DNA of 64,000 nt from Octopus vulgaris (GCA_951406725.2 OX597831.1:33542001-33606000), one strand, 5' to 3'; positions 39,860 to 53,464 are shown, counted from the first letter of the stretch. The notes: a model not told the origin generated them from the sequence alone. Numbers and translations are program-made.

Positions 39860-41362
39860 CAGGGTGGTGCAAAATTTTGGACCCTTAGGCAATTTACCGT
39901 TTACAATAAGTGTTCGAACTGATACCCGCCTTTTTCGAAACAGTTTCTCACTCGGGAGACACATGATCTTTGCACATTTCTGAGCATAGTGTTATTCCCT
40001 CTTATGATTTCAATTTCTTGTGTGATGTTATCTTTTAGTACTTGTAATGTTCTTGGTGTGTTAGCATAAAACACTGATTTAAGATGTCCCCACCAGAAAA
40101 ATTCTAAAGTACTCAAATCCAAAGATCTTGGTGACCATTAAACCGGTTCTCGACGTCCAATCCATTTTCTTGGGAATATATTGTCCAAAAAACTGCGCAC
40201 ATCTTTCGTATAGTGTAGCAGAGCCCCATCCTGTTGAAACCACATATCTCTTAGAATTGCTAATGGTACGTTCTCTAGTCAAAGTATAAGGAATGTTTTT
40301 AATAAATGAAGGTATGAATCACCTGTTACCGTGTTTGTGAAGAAATGAGGACCAATTATCGTACATCCCCATATAGCCACCCACACTACAATCTTTGGAC
40401 AGTATTGGACGTGCACATCCTCAGAACACCGAAGATTTTCTGCCGACCAGTACCGTGAACTATGTCTGTTAACCGTACCGTTTATGTAAAATATTGCTTC
40501 GTCACTGAATGAAACATGCTCTTCCATCTGTGTTTGTTCTACAAACTTCTGACAATACTCTACACGACGGTCCATGACATCTCCATGCAACTCATATACT
40601 AATTTTATTTTATTTATTTATTTATTTGTCTTTCAGATCGGTAGCCATGGCAGAAAAACTAACAATTTTAGAAATAATAGAACCTGGATGGCACCAGCTC
40701 GCGTTCAGTCGGAATTTCGTCTATTTTCAAATCATTGGCTCTGATGAGGCTTCTATAAAGGAATTGAATTGTTTATATAACAAAAAAATGTATATAAACT
40801 GGTACTTTATTTATCGACCCCGAGAGGATGAAAGGTAAAGTCGAAATTCCGCCGAGGTCGACTTTACCTTTCATCCTCTCGGGTTCAATAAATAAAGTAC
40901 TAGTTTCGCACTGGGTCGATGTAATCGACTTAATCTCTTTGTCTGTCCTTGTTTGTCCCCTCTATGTTTAGCCCCTTGTGGGTAGTAAAGAAATATATAT
41001 GCATGAAGATGATTGCGAGACAAAATGCGGCCAGTGGAACGCTTAGATACACCCGTTTCTTGTGAAACTTTTCTTAATGATTTTCGTGGGCTTCCTTCCA
41101 AATGTCTGCATACCCGTGCAGATGTTTCACAATTAGTTGCAGTTCTTCGTCTTCCAATGCAGTGCCGGTGGTGGACACTTCAGGTTTCTCTAAAACGAAT
41201 AAAAGATTGCTGGCAGTTCTTTGTGTAACTGGTTGTCTATTCTGGTGTTTAGCACTAAACATATCAGCGACTGAGCGACTGAACGCGAGCTGGTGCCATC
41301 CAGGTTCTACTATTTCTAAAATTGTTAGCTTTTCTGCCATGGCTACCGATCTGAAAGACAAA

Positions 41363-41397
<35 letters not shown>

Positions 41398-41494
41398 AAT
41401 AAAATTAGATATAATTAAATGATCAAAATCATGGTAAAGATAAGAAATACTTTTTTGTAATTTCTCTATGGGGCTAGATTTTTGCACCACCCAT
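39860..41494 (-). mobile_element. Tc1/mariner-superfamily transposon fossil (rosa/DD41D-like) with internal complex insertion
   Basis: TIRs (TA)cagggtggtgcaaaattttggaccc / gggctagatttttgcaccaccc; fragments [69 protein letters not shown]. Confidence 0.88.
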
Positions 41495-41605
41495 ATATAT
41501 TGCGTTCTTGTCCCATTTTGTATTATATATATATATATATATGTAGCGGCGTAGTACACTTTGTTCTCTTATATACGTACACACACGCACACATATATAT
41601 GAACA

Positions 41606-42212
41606 ATAAATTAAGTAGAGAGATACAATTGACAATCCAATAATTTATTTATATTATAACATAATATAATATATCATAACAAACAATTATTAAAAAAACC
41701 CAATCCAGCCGTCCTTTCATACGGAATTTCGTCTATCTTCAAATCATTGGCTCTGATGAGGCTTATATAAAGGAATTGAATTGTTTATATAACAAAAAAA
41801 AAAATGTATATAAGTCGAAACAAATTATAGGCTTTCTTGTTTTTCTTTGATAATTGTTTATATTATCTTATCTTATATTATATTTATAGTATATTACGTT
41901 ATAATATATTTTCTTTATTACCCACAAGGGGCTAAACATAGAGGGGACAAACAAGGACAGACAAACGGGTTAAGTCGATTACATCGACCCCAGTGCGTAA
42001 CTGGTACTTAATTTATCGACCCCGGAAGGATGAAAGGCAAAGTCGACCTCGGTGGAATTCGAACTCAGAACGTAGCAACGGGCGAAATACCGCGAAGTAC
42101 TTCGCCCGGCGTGCTAACGTCTCTGCCAGCTCGCCGCCCTATACGTTATAATATTACGTTATAATATAAATAAATTAATAGATTGTCAATTGAATCTCTC
42201 TATTTAATTTAT
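41606..42212. mobile_element. Fold-back element (about 60-bp TIRs) with central hammerhead, interrupted by a SINE B
   Basis: 41606-41667 pairs with 42151-42212; SINE B (-) at 41908-42141 with TSD tacgttataatat (41895-41907, 42142-42154). Confidence 0.75.
41749..41833 (+). ncRNA. Hammerhead ribozyme motif with 10-bp stem II
   Basis: GGCT CTGATGA GGCTTATATA ... TATATAAGTC GAAAC AAATT ATA GGCT; stem III G appears mutated to A. Confidence 0.6.
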
Positions 42213-42309
42213 ATTTTGTAATTTCAATTATACCCATAGTAATGTGGTATTCAACGGACGTACCAGTGAATTGGATGTTTTACACACCCCATCCAAGGAA
42301 ATTTTTTCC

Positions 42310-42440
42310 TTAGTATGTTCTTCTTAATACTTTTTGCTCCTTTTGGAGCATAGGGCCTCAACAATTGTTTTCCACATTTTGCGGTCATTGGCGTGTTTCT
42401 TGGCTGCTTCCCATGTCAGGACGGTGGTCCTTAGTATGTT
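42310..42440 (-). pseudogene. RTE-clade LINE extreme 3' end
   Basis: LTWEAAKKHANDRKMWKTIVEALCSKRSKKY* followed by a taagaagaa tail. Confidence 0.7.
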
Positions 42441-42441
42441 A

Positions 42442-42517
<76 letters not shown>

Positions 42518-42521
<4 letters not shown>

Positions 42522-42777
42522 AAGTATATTTGCCATCTAAATATGGCTAACCATCGGTGATTGTCGTGCGCTGATGACAGGTAAATACTCAGAAACCCGG
42601 GTCCGTGCATATCACGTCAGGTCGACGATGGGAAGGATAGTTTCCCTTTGTAAGTACCGATAGGGCACAGAAAGTGTGTCAATAGCAAGCTGGAGAAGAT
42701 GTTCTCTTGGGGCTACAAGCTACAGTAGCATCCACCCTTAGTTTTTAGCAATATTTAGATGGCAAATATACTTCACA
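42518..42777 (+). mobile_element. 260-bp non-coding element with 33-bp TIRs and an internal hammerhead
   Basis: TIRs 42518-42550 / 42745-42777 (1 mismatch); interior similar to the Penelope 3' region at 19554-19695. Confidence 0.8.
42566..42608 (+). ncRNA. Minimal type-I hammerhead ribozyme motif
   Basis: GTGCG CTGATGA CAGGT AAAT ACTCA GAAAC CCGG GTC CGTGC: intact core, 5-bp stem I with 2 GU pairs, palindromic stem III, GUC site; stem II eroded. Confidence 0.72.
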
Positions 42778-43256
42778 TTATCGTGCAGCTACTGTCTATA
42801 CCTCGTTCAGAGATTTATTATATATATATATTTAGACACATACATATATTTGGACATATACACACATATTTTATTTGTGGGTAAACAAGGCAACCAATAG
42901 TTTCATATTAAGAGATCTTCACAATTGTTCAGCCGTGCCATATCGAAGTGTTGATGCTCTTGTGGTTGTTGACGTCATGTTCTCCCTCTCCATCTCTCTC
43001 CCTCTCTCTCACCTTATCTCTCCCCCTCTCTCTCCCTCTCTTTCCCCCCTCTCTCTCTATATATATAGTGAGAATTTACAAAAACAAAAGAAGAAGAGTG
43101 TGTAAACAACAAACAGATGTATTAGTTTTACACTGGGAAAGTGAGAAAGTCTTTTACGCTTTGAACCTACGCTCTTCGACAGAAAGGAACACAGAAATAA
43201 ACAGGGGGAGGAAATAGAAAAAGGTATAGCGGCTAGCGATATACACACACACACAT

Positions 43257-43314
<58 letters not shown>

Positions 43315-43606
43315 TTATTTATTTATTTATATACACACATATATGTGTGTGTGAGTGTGTGAATGTGTATCTGTGTGTGGTTGTTTTCAAATACACACGA
43401 AAATGTGCTTTAGTGTGTGAGTGTACGTGACGGGTCTCTGCACAGTTTTCGTGTACCAAATTTCATTCTTATGGTTAACCTGACGTTATAGAAGAAGACA
43501 TTTGTTCAAGCTGTCGCTTATCGCGAGGGGTTCCGATCAGAGAGCTGCATGGCTGAGTAGTGAACTTGTTACCCACCCAGTTATACCCAGTATATATACA
43601 TACGTA

Positions 43607-43668
<62 letters not shown>

Positions 43669-43884
43669 TATATCTATCTATCTATATATATGTATATATA
43701 TATATATGTATATATATATGTATATAATTAAGAGAAATAATCTCTATTAAGTAATTTAATATTGAAAGACTAACTATACTGTATAGAAAAATTTAAGTAT
43801 ACTATAATAAATATTATTTTTAAAAATCACTAAATTAAATAAACATTAATAAATATTCCCTACTACTACTACTACTACTACTAC

Positions 43885-43916
<32 letters not shown>

Positions 43917-44015
43917 GTTTGATAATAGAGATTTTTATAAGAAAAATTATTATTTTATTTATTTCCTAAAAAATATTGTTTAAATATATTTGCTTATTTA
44001 TTAAACTATTATCAT

Positions 44016-44112
44016 TAACCTGAAGATTGACTATAACTATAATACGAATTTTTAATTGAATTTAAATTATTGTAATTCGAATTGGCTTATGGCCATGAAA
44101 CGTACGTAGTGG
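44016..44112 (+). ncRNA. Degenerate hammerhead ribozyme motif
   Basis: AC CTGAAGA T TGACTATAA ... TTATGGCCA T GAAAC GTAC GTA GT, inside an AT-rich element bounded by (TA)n. Confidence 0.6.
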
Positions 44113-44400
44113 TATTACTTATTATCTTATATTAAACTTTTTAATACTTTTTGATAGTTATATATATTGAAATTTAAAAAAAAATTTAAAGTTTAAAAAT
44201 TTATAAATTTAAATTAAAAAAAAATATATATAAAAAAATATAAAAATTTATAAATATAAATTAAAAATTTTAAATTTAAAGGATTTAAATTTTAAATTTT
44301 ATGTATTTTGTATATTATATTAATTATATTTATTTTATGTATTGGTTTATGTTTTTCACTGTTTGATTTGCCTAATAGTGGTTTTATCTCTAATATAATT

Positions 44401-44442
<42 letters not shown>

Positions 44443-44526
44443 CATATACATATACATATACATACATATCCATATACATGTTTTTCACTGTTTGATTTGC
44501 CTAATAGTGGTTTTATCTCTAATATA

Positions 44527-44577
<51 letters not shown>

Positions 44578-44716
44578 TATACATACATATACAAACATAT
44601 GCATATGCATACATATACATATACATACATACGCATACCACATATCTATCTATCTATCTATCTATCTATCTGTCTGTCTATCTATCTAGATATGTATTTG
44701 TTATATATATATACTT

Positions 44717-44751
<35 letters not shown>

Positions 44752-44752
44752 T

Positions 44753-44791
<39 letters not shown>

Positions 44792-45082
44792 TGTATGCAT
44801 GTCTGTGTATATATGTATGTAGATAGATATAGGTACATATATACATATATGTATATAAATGCACATATATGTGCGTGTATATATGCATATACACACATAT
44901 ATATACTGCATACACACATGCATACATATATGGAGATACTTACACACATACACATATATATATATACATACACACATACGGAATTAAACATTTTTCTTCC
45001 TTGTATATTTTATTCTATGCAAGTACAAACACGCCCGTTAACACACTAACACATTTTTCTCTTTCTGTCTCTATCCATATAT

Positions 45083-45134
<52 letters not shown>

Positions 45135-45405
45135 ACATACACATATATATATATATATATATAACACCAAAGTGGTGAGAGAAAGTCTTTAAAATTCCGT
45201 CCATCATGAATTGACTGGCGTGAATATCGAGAAACCTTTTCCGATGAGCGTCCATTAACGGATCTGACCAAGTTCTTGAACTGGAATTAACATAACAAAA
45301 AGAACGACGCCGACGACGACTACAACAACAAACAACAACAACAACAGCAACAACAAACACAACAATAGCAGCAACAACCAAATAGTTGCAGTGACAACAT
45401 CAGTT

Positions 45406-45460
<55 letters not shown>

Positions 45461-45959
45461 CTGCAACAATAACTACAACAGCTACAAAAGCTACAACTAT
45501 AACAACAGCAAAAGGAATTGTCCCCTCATCTCAGCCGACCCCCAAGAGTAAAATCAAAATGATACGTCGTTTATTTGAAGTTGAGTGCCTCCCGCCACGT
45601 TCTTAATGGAGAGAACATCTAAAATCTTATATTGATTATTATTTTTTAATGCCGCAAAGCAACGAATCTTTAGATAAACTATGTTAGAAGCAGCAGGAAC
45701 TTGAGATGGAGTTTCTAACAACCACTTTGACAGTCTTATAGGCTCGTTGTAGAAGCTCACAAAACAGTCCTCAATTTTGGCAGGTTCTTATTCTTGAACC
45801 CCACATATTAGCAATCCAAACTCAAAGTGTGACGCCCTTGCCATTTTTGTTAGCGGATATTAACCCTTCACCTGACCAGTGTAGCACATGCCACGTACAA
45901 GATACGTTTACCTAGTGTTTATGCATCATATGTGATACACATTACGAAAGGAAAGCTTT

Positions 45960-46592
45960 ACGACAGCGTACCCAAAAGTAACCAGAAACGTCCTCTGTTA
46001 GAAAAGCCCTTTGTAGTTCGGGCTTCCGCCGCCAGAAGCCACTTGATGCAAACCTCAAGCGTCAGTCTGCCGATCGGCGTTGTCCGGTGGAGTGGGGGTG
46101 GGGGTCTTACTGTCACGTGGCGTGTCTTTGTTTTGCCGTTTTGCAGTGCTTCTCCCCTGTTCGTCGATTTTTGCGATAGACGAAACAAAGGAAGAACACA
46201 CTTCCTTGAAATTCTGATTTCTGTTATGGAAAACGGCAGCCGAAACAGTTGTCATCCTTCAAACAGCTTAGAAGGACACTGCCACGAGCTACACACAAGT
46301 TTACGAGTGGTTTTTACGCTTTAGAAATGGTCACATATTGCATGCTGATCAAATTCGTTCAAGGCGTCTGTCGACTTCCCGAACGAATGAAAACATCATG
46401 AAAATTCATGAACGAATGAAGACATCATGAACTGATCTTGGAGGACCATCACCGAACAATTTACGAACGTGTTGATATGACTGGTGCATCATGGAGCTCC
46501 TGCCAACGAATTTTGAGCGAGGAATTGCGAATGAAAAAAGAGTTGCAGCAAAATGTGTGCCTCGCTTGCTCAAAGAATATCAAAAGCAGTCA
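45960..46592 (+). mobile_element. mariner fossil, 5' half
   Basis: TIR-like TA-CGACAGCGTACCCAAAAGTAACCAGAA; protein pieces FRNGH, RLSTSRTNENI, ILEDHHRTI..SWSSCQRILSEELRMK, VAAKCVPRLL. Confidence 0.8.
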
Positions 46593-47126
46593 AAACCGAC
46601 CAACCAACAAACCAACCAACCAGCCGACCCACCGACCAACCAACCAACCAACCAACCAGCAAAACCACTGACCAACCAACCAAACAACAGACCAACCAGC
46701 CAACAAGACGAACCACCGAACCGACGAAACAAACAAGCCGACCCACCGACCAACCGACCAACCAACAAACCCACCGACCAACCGACCAACCAAACAAGCA
46801 ACCGACCAACCAACCAACCGACAAACCAGCCAACCCATGACCAACCGACCAACCAACCAACCAACCAACCAGCGAACCAACCGACAAACCAACCAACCAG
46901 CCAACCCACGACCAACCAAACAACCAGCCAACCAACCAGCGAACCAGCCAACCAACCAGCGAACCAGCCAACCAACCGACCAACCAGCGAACCAGCCAAC
47001 CAACCGACAAACCAACCAACCAGCCAACCAGCCAACCAGCCAACCAACCGACCAACCAGCGAACCAGCCAACCAACCGATAAACCAGCCAACCAGCCAAC
47101 CAGCCAACCAGCCGTAAAACCAACCA
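46593..47126. repeat. Degenerate (AACC)n microsatellite with higher-order variants
   Basis: Visible aacc/agcc/gacc tract. Confidence 0.9.
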
Positions 47127-47638
47127 GCTTTCCTGAGGGGTGGACAACAACAACAAGAACAACAACAATAACCATATAATATATTTAATACGACCGATTT
47201 TCTCTAGAATTAAGAACCAGGCGTTGTTTGCGTGAGTATGGCACAGGCATTGTGAAATAGCAGCAGCATGTCCGGAAGAAGTGTTTTCACTTAGATTTTA
47301 ATAAACCTCAATCTCTGGTGCTGGGGAGTTCGTTATTGCTGACATCTCTTCTCTTTTACCTGCTGCAATACAATGAAGGCTTTTGATGTTGTTGTTGTTG
47401 TTGGTGGTGTTTGAGATTGTAGTGGAGATACTGGTGGTAATGGTTGTAGTTTAGGTGGTGGTCATGGTAGTAGTGCTGGTGGTGGTGGTGTTTGAGATAG
47501 TAGTGGTGATGGTGGTGGCAATGGTTGTAGTTGTGGTGGTGGTCATGGTAGTGGTAGTAGTAGTGCTGGTGGTGGTGGTGTTTGAGATAGTAGTGGTGAT
47601 GGTGGTGGCAATGGCTGTTGTTGTGATGGTGGTCATGG

Positions 47639-47790
47639 TAGTCATTTGACTGCAGCCATGCTGGAGCACCGCCTTTAGTCGAACGAATCGACCGCAGGAC
47701 TTATTCTTTGTAAGCCTAGTACACATTCTATCGGGTCTCTTTTGCCGAACCGCTGGCTTTCGGAGACGTAAACACATCGACTTCCACACG
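47639..47790 (-). mobile_element. SINE family A 3' part (another at 48295-48435)
   Basis: gtcatttgactgcagccatgctggagcaccgcctttagtcgaa. Confidence 0.8.
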
Positions 47791-50659
47791 ATCCAAAATT
47801 GCCAGCTTTGTGCCAAAATAAGACGGGATTATGTATAAGTTTTGCAGATCGAGTTGTCGTCGTATGGAGGACAGTGTTCTCAAAGGTAGAAGTTTGGACA
47901 TCCTAATATGCATGCACACGTGTGTGTGTGTGCGTGCGTGTGCGTGTGCGTGTGCGCGTGTGTGTGTATATGGTTTTTCTTTGAGTTTTATTCGAATTCT
48001 TATTGAGAGAGTTCAAACCGGTCGCTAACAAAGAGACAAGACATTTTGGGCCAAAAGAGTTCCCGATGTTTATAAACATGTGGTTGAGACGGTGTGTTGG
48101 TTGAGCTGCTGTTGCTCACACCCAAGTGTCTGCATCTATTCCACCTAAAGAATTTCACATGGAGAACCTTTGAAATGTCTTACAAATCTTCAGTAAGCAC
48201 TAACAAATTGGATTCGGAGAAGCTGCGTCACTCACTTTTGCACTATCTTCGGGAAACCTACGATTTCTAGGTTTTTGTGCAAATTTGTAGGTATACTCTT
48301 TTACTCTCTCTTTACTATTTTACTTGTTTCAGTCATTTGACTGCGGCCATGCTGGAGCACCGCTTTTAGTCGAGCAAATCGACCCCAGGACTTATTCTTT
48401 GTAAGCCTTGTACTTATCCTGTCGGTCTCTTTTTGTTTCCTGTCCCACAGAAAAATAACCAGGTCTGTTATGTTTGCACCGAACTGCTGTTTTTATTAGA
48501 GTGTTCCATTAATATTCCTTGTTTTTAAAGGTGTGAATACATGCTGGTTCTGACATGCTTTTGATGTATACGTCAGGGCAAACCTTTCTGCGGAGAGCAT
48601 TGTAAATGTATGTATGTATGTATGTATGTATGTATGTATGTATGTATGTATGTATGTATGTATGTACGTCGTTCAGTTTTATTTCAAGATTTCTTGCCAA
48701 TATAGAAAGAGCTGGTTTCTAACTAGATTCAAAACTTCTTCATTGGAATTTCAACATCAACAACAGGGTATTTTTGTATGTATGTATGTATGTATGTATG
48801 TATGTATGTATGTATGTATGTATGTATGTATGTATGTATGTATGTATGTATGTATGTACGTACGTATGTATGTGTCTATGTATGTATGTACATGTGTAGA
48901 TTTGTATGTTTTATGCATGTATTCTCATGCATATAGTTGCATATCTAGACATGCTCATATATATTTAAATGCTAAACTTCAGGAAAGTTTTACAGATTTT
49001 TGCAGTTCTAGTGATGGATTGGATATGTTGTCTTCGAATTAGCGTTCTCCTATCTGGTTTTGAGAAGCCTAATTTCTCAAGATTGGTGTTGTGTTACATA
49101 TCCCTGGGTTTCGATAATTACAGGTATAAACCTGAACTTGTAATCTGGATAGAGTAACTGCAGATTTCTCAATAGTTCAGCATAGGTGTTCTCTTTTCCA
49201 CTGATCTTCAGTTTTATGTTAGCGTCGGCGGGGCAGCTTATTTCCACAACTGTACACAGTTTTTATTCTCTATCCCAAATCATTTTATCAGGTCTGTTGT
49301 GCTTACATTTTATAGTATACATACATATGCTCTCTCTCTCTCTCTCTCTCTCTCTAAAACCATTTTTAAGGGTATGTGTGTTGCCAGCATAGAAAGCGCA
49401 CGTTAAACGATGATGATCTATGGTCGTATGATGCTGGTGTGTTAACGTACCCGTAACTTTGCGGTTAGGCAAAAGCGACCGAAAGAATAAGTACTAGGCT
49501 TACAAAGAATAAGTCTCGGGGTGCTCCAGCATGGCCGCAATAAAATGACTGAAACAAATAAAATAATAAAAGAATATCTATCTATCTATCGCTCTTTATA
49601 TCTATATATACCTATACATAAACATATGCACATAAAATATGTACGTATATAAATTGTACACACGCACATACACACACGCAAATATATGCATTAATCTATA
49701 CAATTATTTTGAAACATACAAGCATAAATACATACCTGTATACCGACATACATATTTATATATAGCCATTCCTAGACAAATAGACGTATATGTATGCGTA
49801 CATACATATAGCATCCATACGCACATACATGCATGTATGCACACATGCATCTATCCTTCCATAGATTCATACATACGTGCGTAAATACATACATGCATGC
49901 ATACATATATACATAATACATACATAATAAATACATACATACATGCTTGTATTCATACATTCATACATACATACATTCATACATTCATACATACATACAT
50001 ACAAATCATACATTAACACACATCGCTAACTTACACTCGGCTTCCGTCTGGCGAATTCAAACCACAAAGCATTTGTGAACACGAAGCTTGTTGTAGAAGA
50101 TATTACCACAGTGCGACATGAACAAACCGGAACCACGTGACTGCCAAGCGAATTTCTCCATCACACAGCCATGACTACGACTATTTAATCCTTTCAAATT
50201 CTTTTCCAGTTCTCTTGTAGTCTTTTACGTATTTACACGTTCGCATTTAATGTTATGTAGGTTTATTGGCTAAGAAGTTATGTGTGTGTTTTCCTGAGTT
50301 ACATATATTGTAGAACTGCATAAAGAATCATGTTGAGCTATGCAACAAAAGTGTGTGTGCTGTGTCGATATGAATACATTCATTTAGCAATACCACAGTT
50401 GTTCAGCCATTTAAAATTGACTAGAAAATATTGCTAGTCTGTCTGTCTGTATATCTATCTGTCGGTCTGTCTGTCAGTTCATCTATCTATCTTCCTTTTC
50501 ATCATTATCACCACCCCACATCACCGAATTCATCTTCTTTTCACTCTCCTTTCACCTCTCCTCTCTCTGACAGAAACAGACTATCGACACACCTTGAGAG
50601 GAATAGGATATGTCTGTTTCTATAATGTATTTAAAAAAAATATGCAGCAAGGTTTATGA

Positions 50660-50935
50660 TGGACTCTCCCGTCGAAGACGACGTCTGAACGTTCAGCTTT
50701 TGCCGAACGACCTCCACAGATGATTTGTTTATTGCGATCAAATGTATGTGCCGCACGTTAGCTCACGCTCTCTATCAAATCGACGTTGTTTGAATAGGTG
50801 CAGGGTGTACCGTACGTCAGGTGTCGAAGTGATCGCAGAGCAACTTGAGATCACAACGCACCACCCGGTCTAGGAATTGAAATCACGATCGCTAGGTCAT
50901 GAGTGAAAGACTCTAACCACAAGGCCCCGCATCCA
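50660..50935 (-). mobile_element. tRNA-derived SINE family D (second copy at about 52665-52890)
   Basis: Shared tgatttgtttat-gcgatcaaatgt..atcaaatcgac..gatcgcagagcaac; tRNA-like head at 50860-50930. Confidence 0.7.
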
Positions 50936-50968
50936 CAAGGTTTATAATGTGAATAATACTCGTATATC

Positions 50969-51393
50969 AAGGCGGCGAGCTGGCAGAAATGTTAGCACAC
51001 CGAACGAAATGCTTAGTGGTATTCCATCTGTCTTTACGTTCTGAGTTCAAATTCCGCCGAGGTCGACTTTGCCTTTCATCCTTTCGGGGTTGATAAATTA
51101 AGTACTAGTTACGCACTGGGGTAGATGTTATCGACTTAATTCCTTTGTCTGTCCTTGTTTGTCTCCTCTATGTTTAGCGCCTTGTGGGCAATAATGGAAT
51201 AAGAAACGTTAGCACGCCGAGCGAAATGCTTAGTGGTATTTCATCTGTCTTTACGTTCTCAGTTCAAATTCTACCGAGGTCGACTTTGCCTTTCATCTTT
51301 ACGGGGTTGATAAATTAAGTACCAGTCGCACACTAATCTAATCAACTGGTCCCATCACCCAAAATTTCGGGCCTTGCGCCTAGAGTCGAAAAA
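50969..51393 (+). mobile_element. SINE family B dimer (tail1 unit followed by tail2 unit)
   Basis: 18-bp TSD gaataatactcgtatatc at 50951-50968 and 51394-51411 encloses both monomers. Confidence 0.88.
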
Positions 51394-51692
51394 GAATAAT
51401 ACTCGTATATCTAGCTTTATAATAAATATATCTACTATTATAATACGTTTATTAGAAATATATTTAGGCCAGCAACAATATTGTTTTTGAGAAGCAGTGA
51501 ATGAATTATGTTATTTAAAAGTGTGTTGTTTCCTTGTAATGACATAAATGTGTCTCATGTGATTTATTAAAGAAACCGTTCTGAATGAAGATGAAAATGT
51601 CAGATGTTATGTTTAAATACATAAATCCACGCCTGTGTATCGCTGGAATTGTTGACTTACTCTCTCTTCCTGTTCACACACACACACACACA

Positions 51693-51744
<52 letters not shown>

Positions 51745-52122
51745 CGAACTAATGTTTGTTTTTATGTTCAGTTACAATAAAAGCAATTTTACATTAATCT
51801 TAGGGGTTACTTCCATACTTTTGTAAAGCACAATTTTTTTTAATTCTTTAACAAGAGTTGAATTGACTGTAACTTCGAAGTATTGACTAGCTAAGCCATC
51901 ATCGAAATGTGACGCATTTAAGTTAAAATGAAAGATATACATGATGTATATGCAGGGTGAAGTTTCGACCTGACAGCCTTCATCGAAACTTCGTAGTCAC
52001 TGACACCCCCTTTCTAGTAAAAGTATCATAAATATTCAGTCTTCAAAAAGTTCGACTAATTTTCCAGTTTAATGTTAAAGTGTTATTGTAAGTCAACATA
52101 AAAACAAACATTAATAATATAA

Positions 52123-52281
52123 TGAGTGGCTGTGTGGTAAGTAGCTTGTTTACCAACCACACGGTTCCGGGTTCAGTCCCACTGCGTGGCACCTTGGGCA
52201 AGTGTCTTCTACTATAGCCTCGGGCCGACCAAAGCCTTGTGAGTGGATTTGGTAGACGGAAACTGAAAGAAGTCCGTCGCA

Positions 52282-52323
<42 letters not shown>

Positions 52324-52546
52324 TGTGTGTGTGTTTGTGTGTCTGTGTTTGTCCCCCTAGCATTGCTTGACAAACGATGCTGGTGTGTTTATGTCCCCGT
52401 TACTTAGCGGTTCGGCAAAAGCGACCGATAGAATAAGTACTGGGCTTATAAAAGAATAAGTCCCGGGGTCGAGTTACTCGATTAAAGGCGGTGCTCCAGC
52501 ATGGCCGCAGTCATATGACTGAAACAAGTAAAAGAGTAAAAGAGTA
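52123..52546 (+). mobile_element. SINE family A, full length, young
   Basis: Head tggctgtgtgg / ggttcagtccc, CORE-like segment, internal (TA)n(TG)n, (gtaaaaga)2 tail. Confidence 0.92.
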
Positions 52547-52551
52547 TAATA

Positions 52552-52651
<100 letters not shown>

Positions 52652-53007
52652 GATAATAATGAACTCTTCCGTCGTTATACGACGTATAAGGAACCGGCAA
52701 TTTCTTACCGAACAACCACACAAATGATTTGTTTATAGCGATCAAATGTTTATGTAGATATAAGATCATTCCCCTCCATCAAATCGACATTACCTGTACA
52801 GGTGCAACTAGTGCCACATGTCACATGTCGAAATGATCGCAGAGCAACGTGAAATGAAGTGCTTTGCTCAAGAACACAACGCAACGCCCAGTCGTAAATT
52901 TTTTTCCCACGAGAGTTCCGGACCTCAGAAATGAACTCGTTTGCATATAGCCAATCAAAGCTCACCTTGACCTTGTTGTCAAGTTAAACAAACATACTCT
53001 ACCAAGT

Positions 53008-53464
53008 AAGCTCAAGACGAAGAACGGTGTTGTAAGTCGACCGATCGCCAAGTTATGCCTGATTTTGGAAGGAGACAAGTAATTAGATTTGCATCTGTAC
53101 TTATTATCGGATTTTGTTAGGGCCCCTTATGGTAAAGATATGGATGGGGAAAATATGGGTACGGTTTTACAAAATAATCAACAACACAAATAACTACTCC
53201 GCATTGCAACGAGATGCGTCTTCGTCAAAGCAATTGCTCCCCCAAAGCAAATTAAATAAAATTTGAGATACGCGGAACGTGAATGCTGCTAACAAAAACA
53301 GGACATTGAAAACATTCGGTAAGGGCTGTTTAACCCTAACGAGGTGAAGTGGTGAACGCTGGAGAAAAAAAGCTTATAATTATAAGCTGAACGAGAAGAA
53401 AAAGAATTACAGTTATAAATACAGATCTATAATTATTGTATTATGTATAAAGTAGTGGCTTACA
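53008..53464 (+). mobile_element. BEL/Pao LTR-retrotransposon 3' remnant (polyprotein C-terminus, PPT, probable decayed LTR)
   Basis: 53008-53082 translates KLKTKNGVVSRPIAKLCLILEGDK*, the typical BEL/Pao terminal motif; purine tract ggatggggaaaa at about 53142-53153; LTR right boundary uncertain. Confidence 0.6.

Noticed and set aside
46491-47175. 200-aa QPTN and GWLV ORFs
   Set aside because: Translations of the (AACC)n tract fused to a mariner fragment
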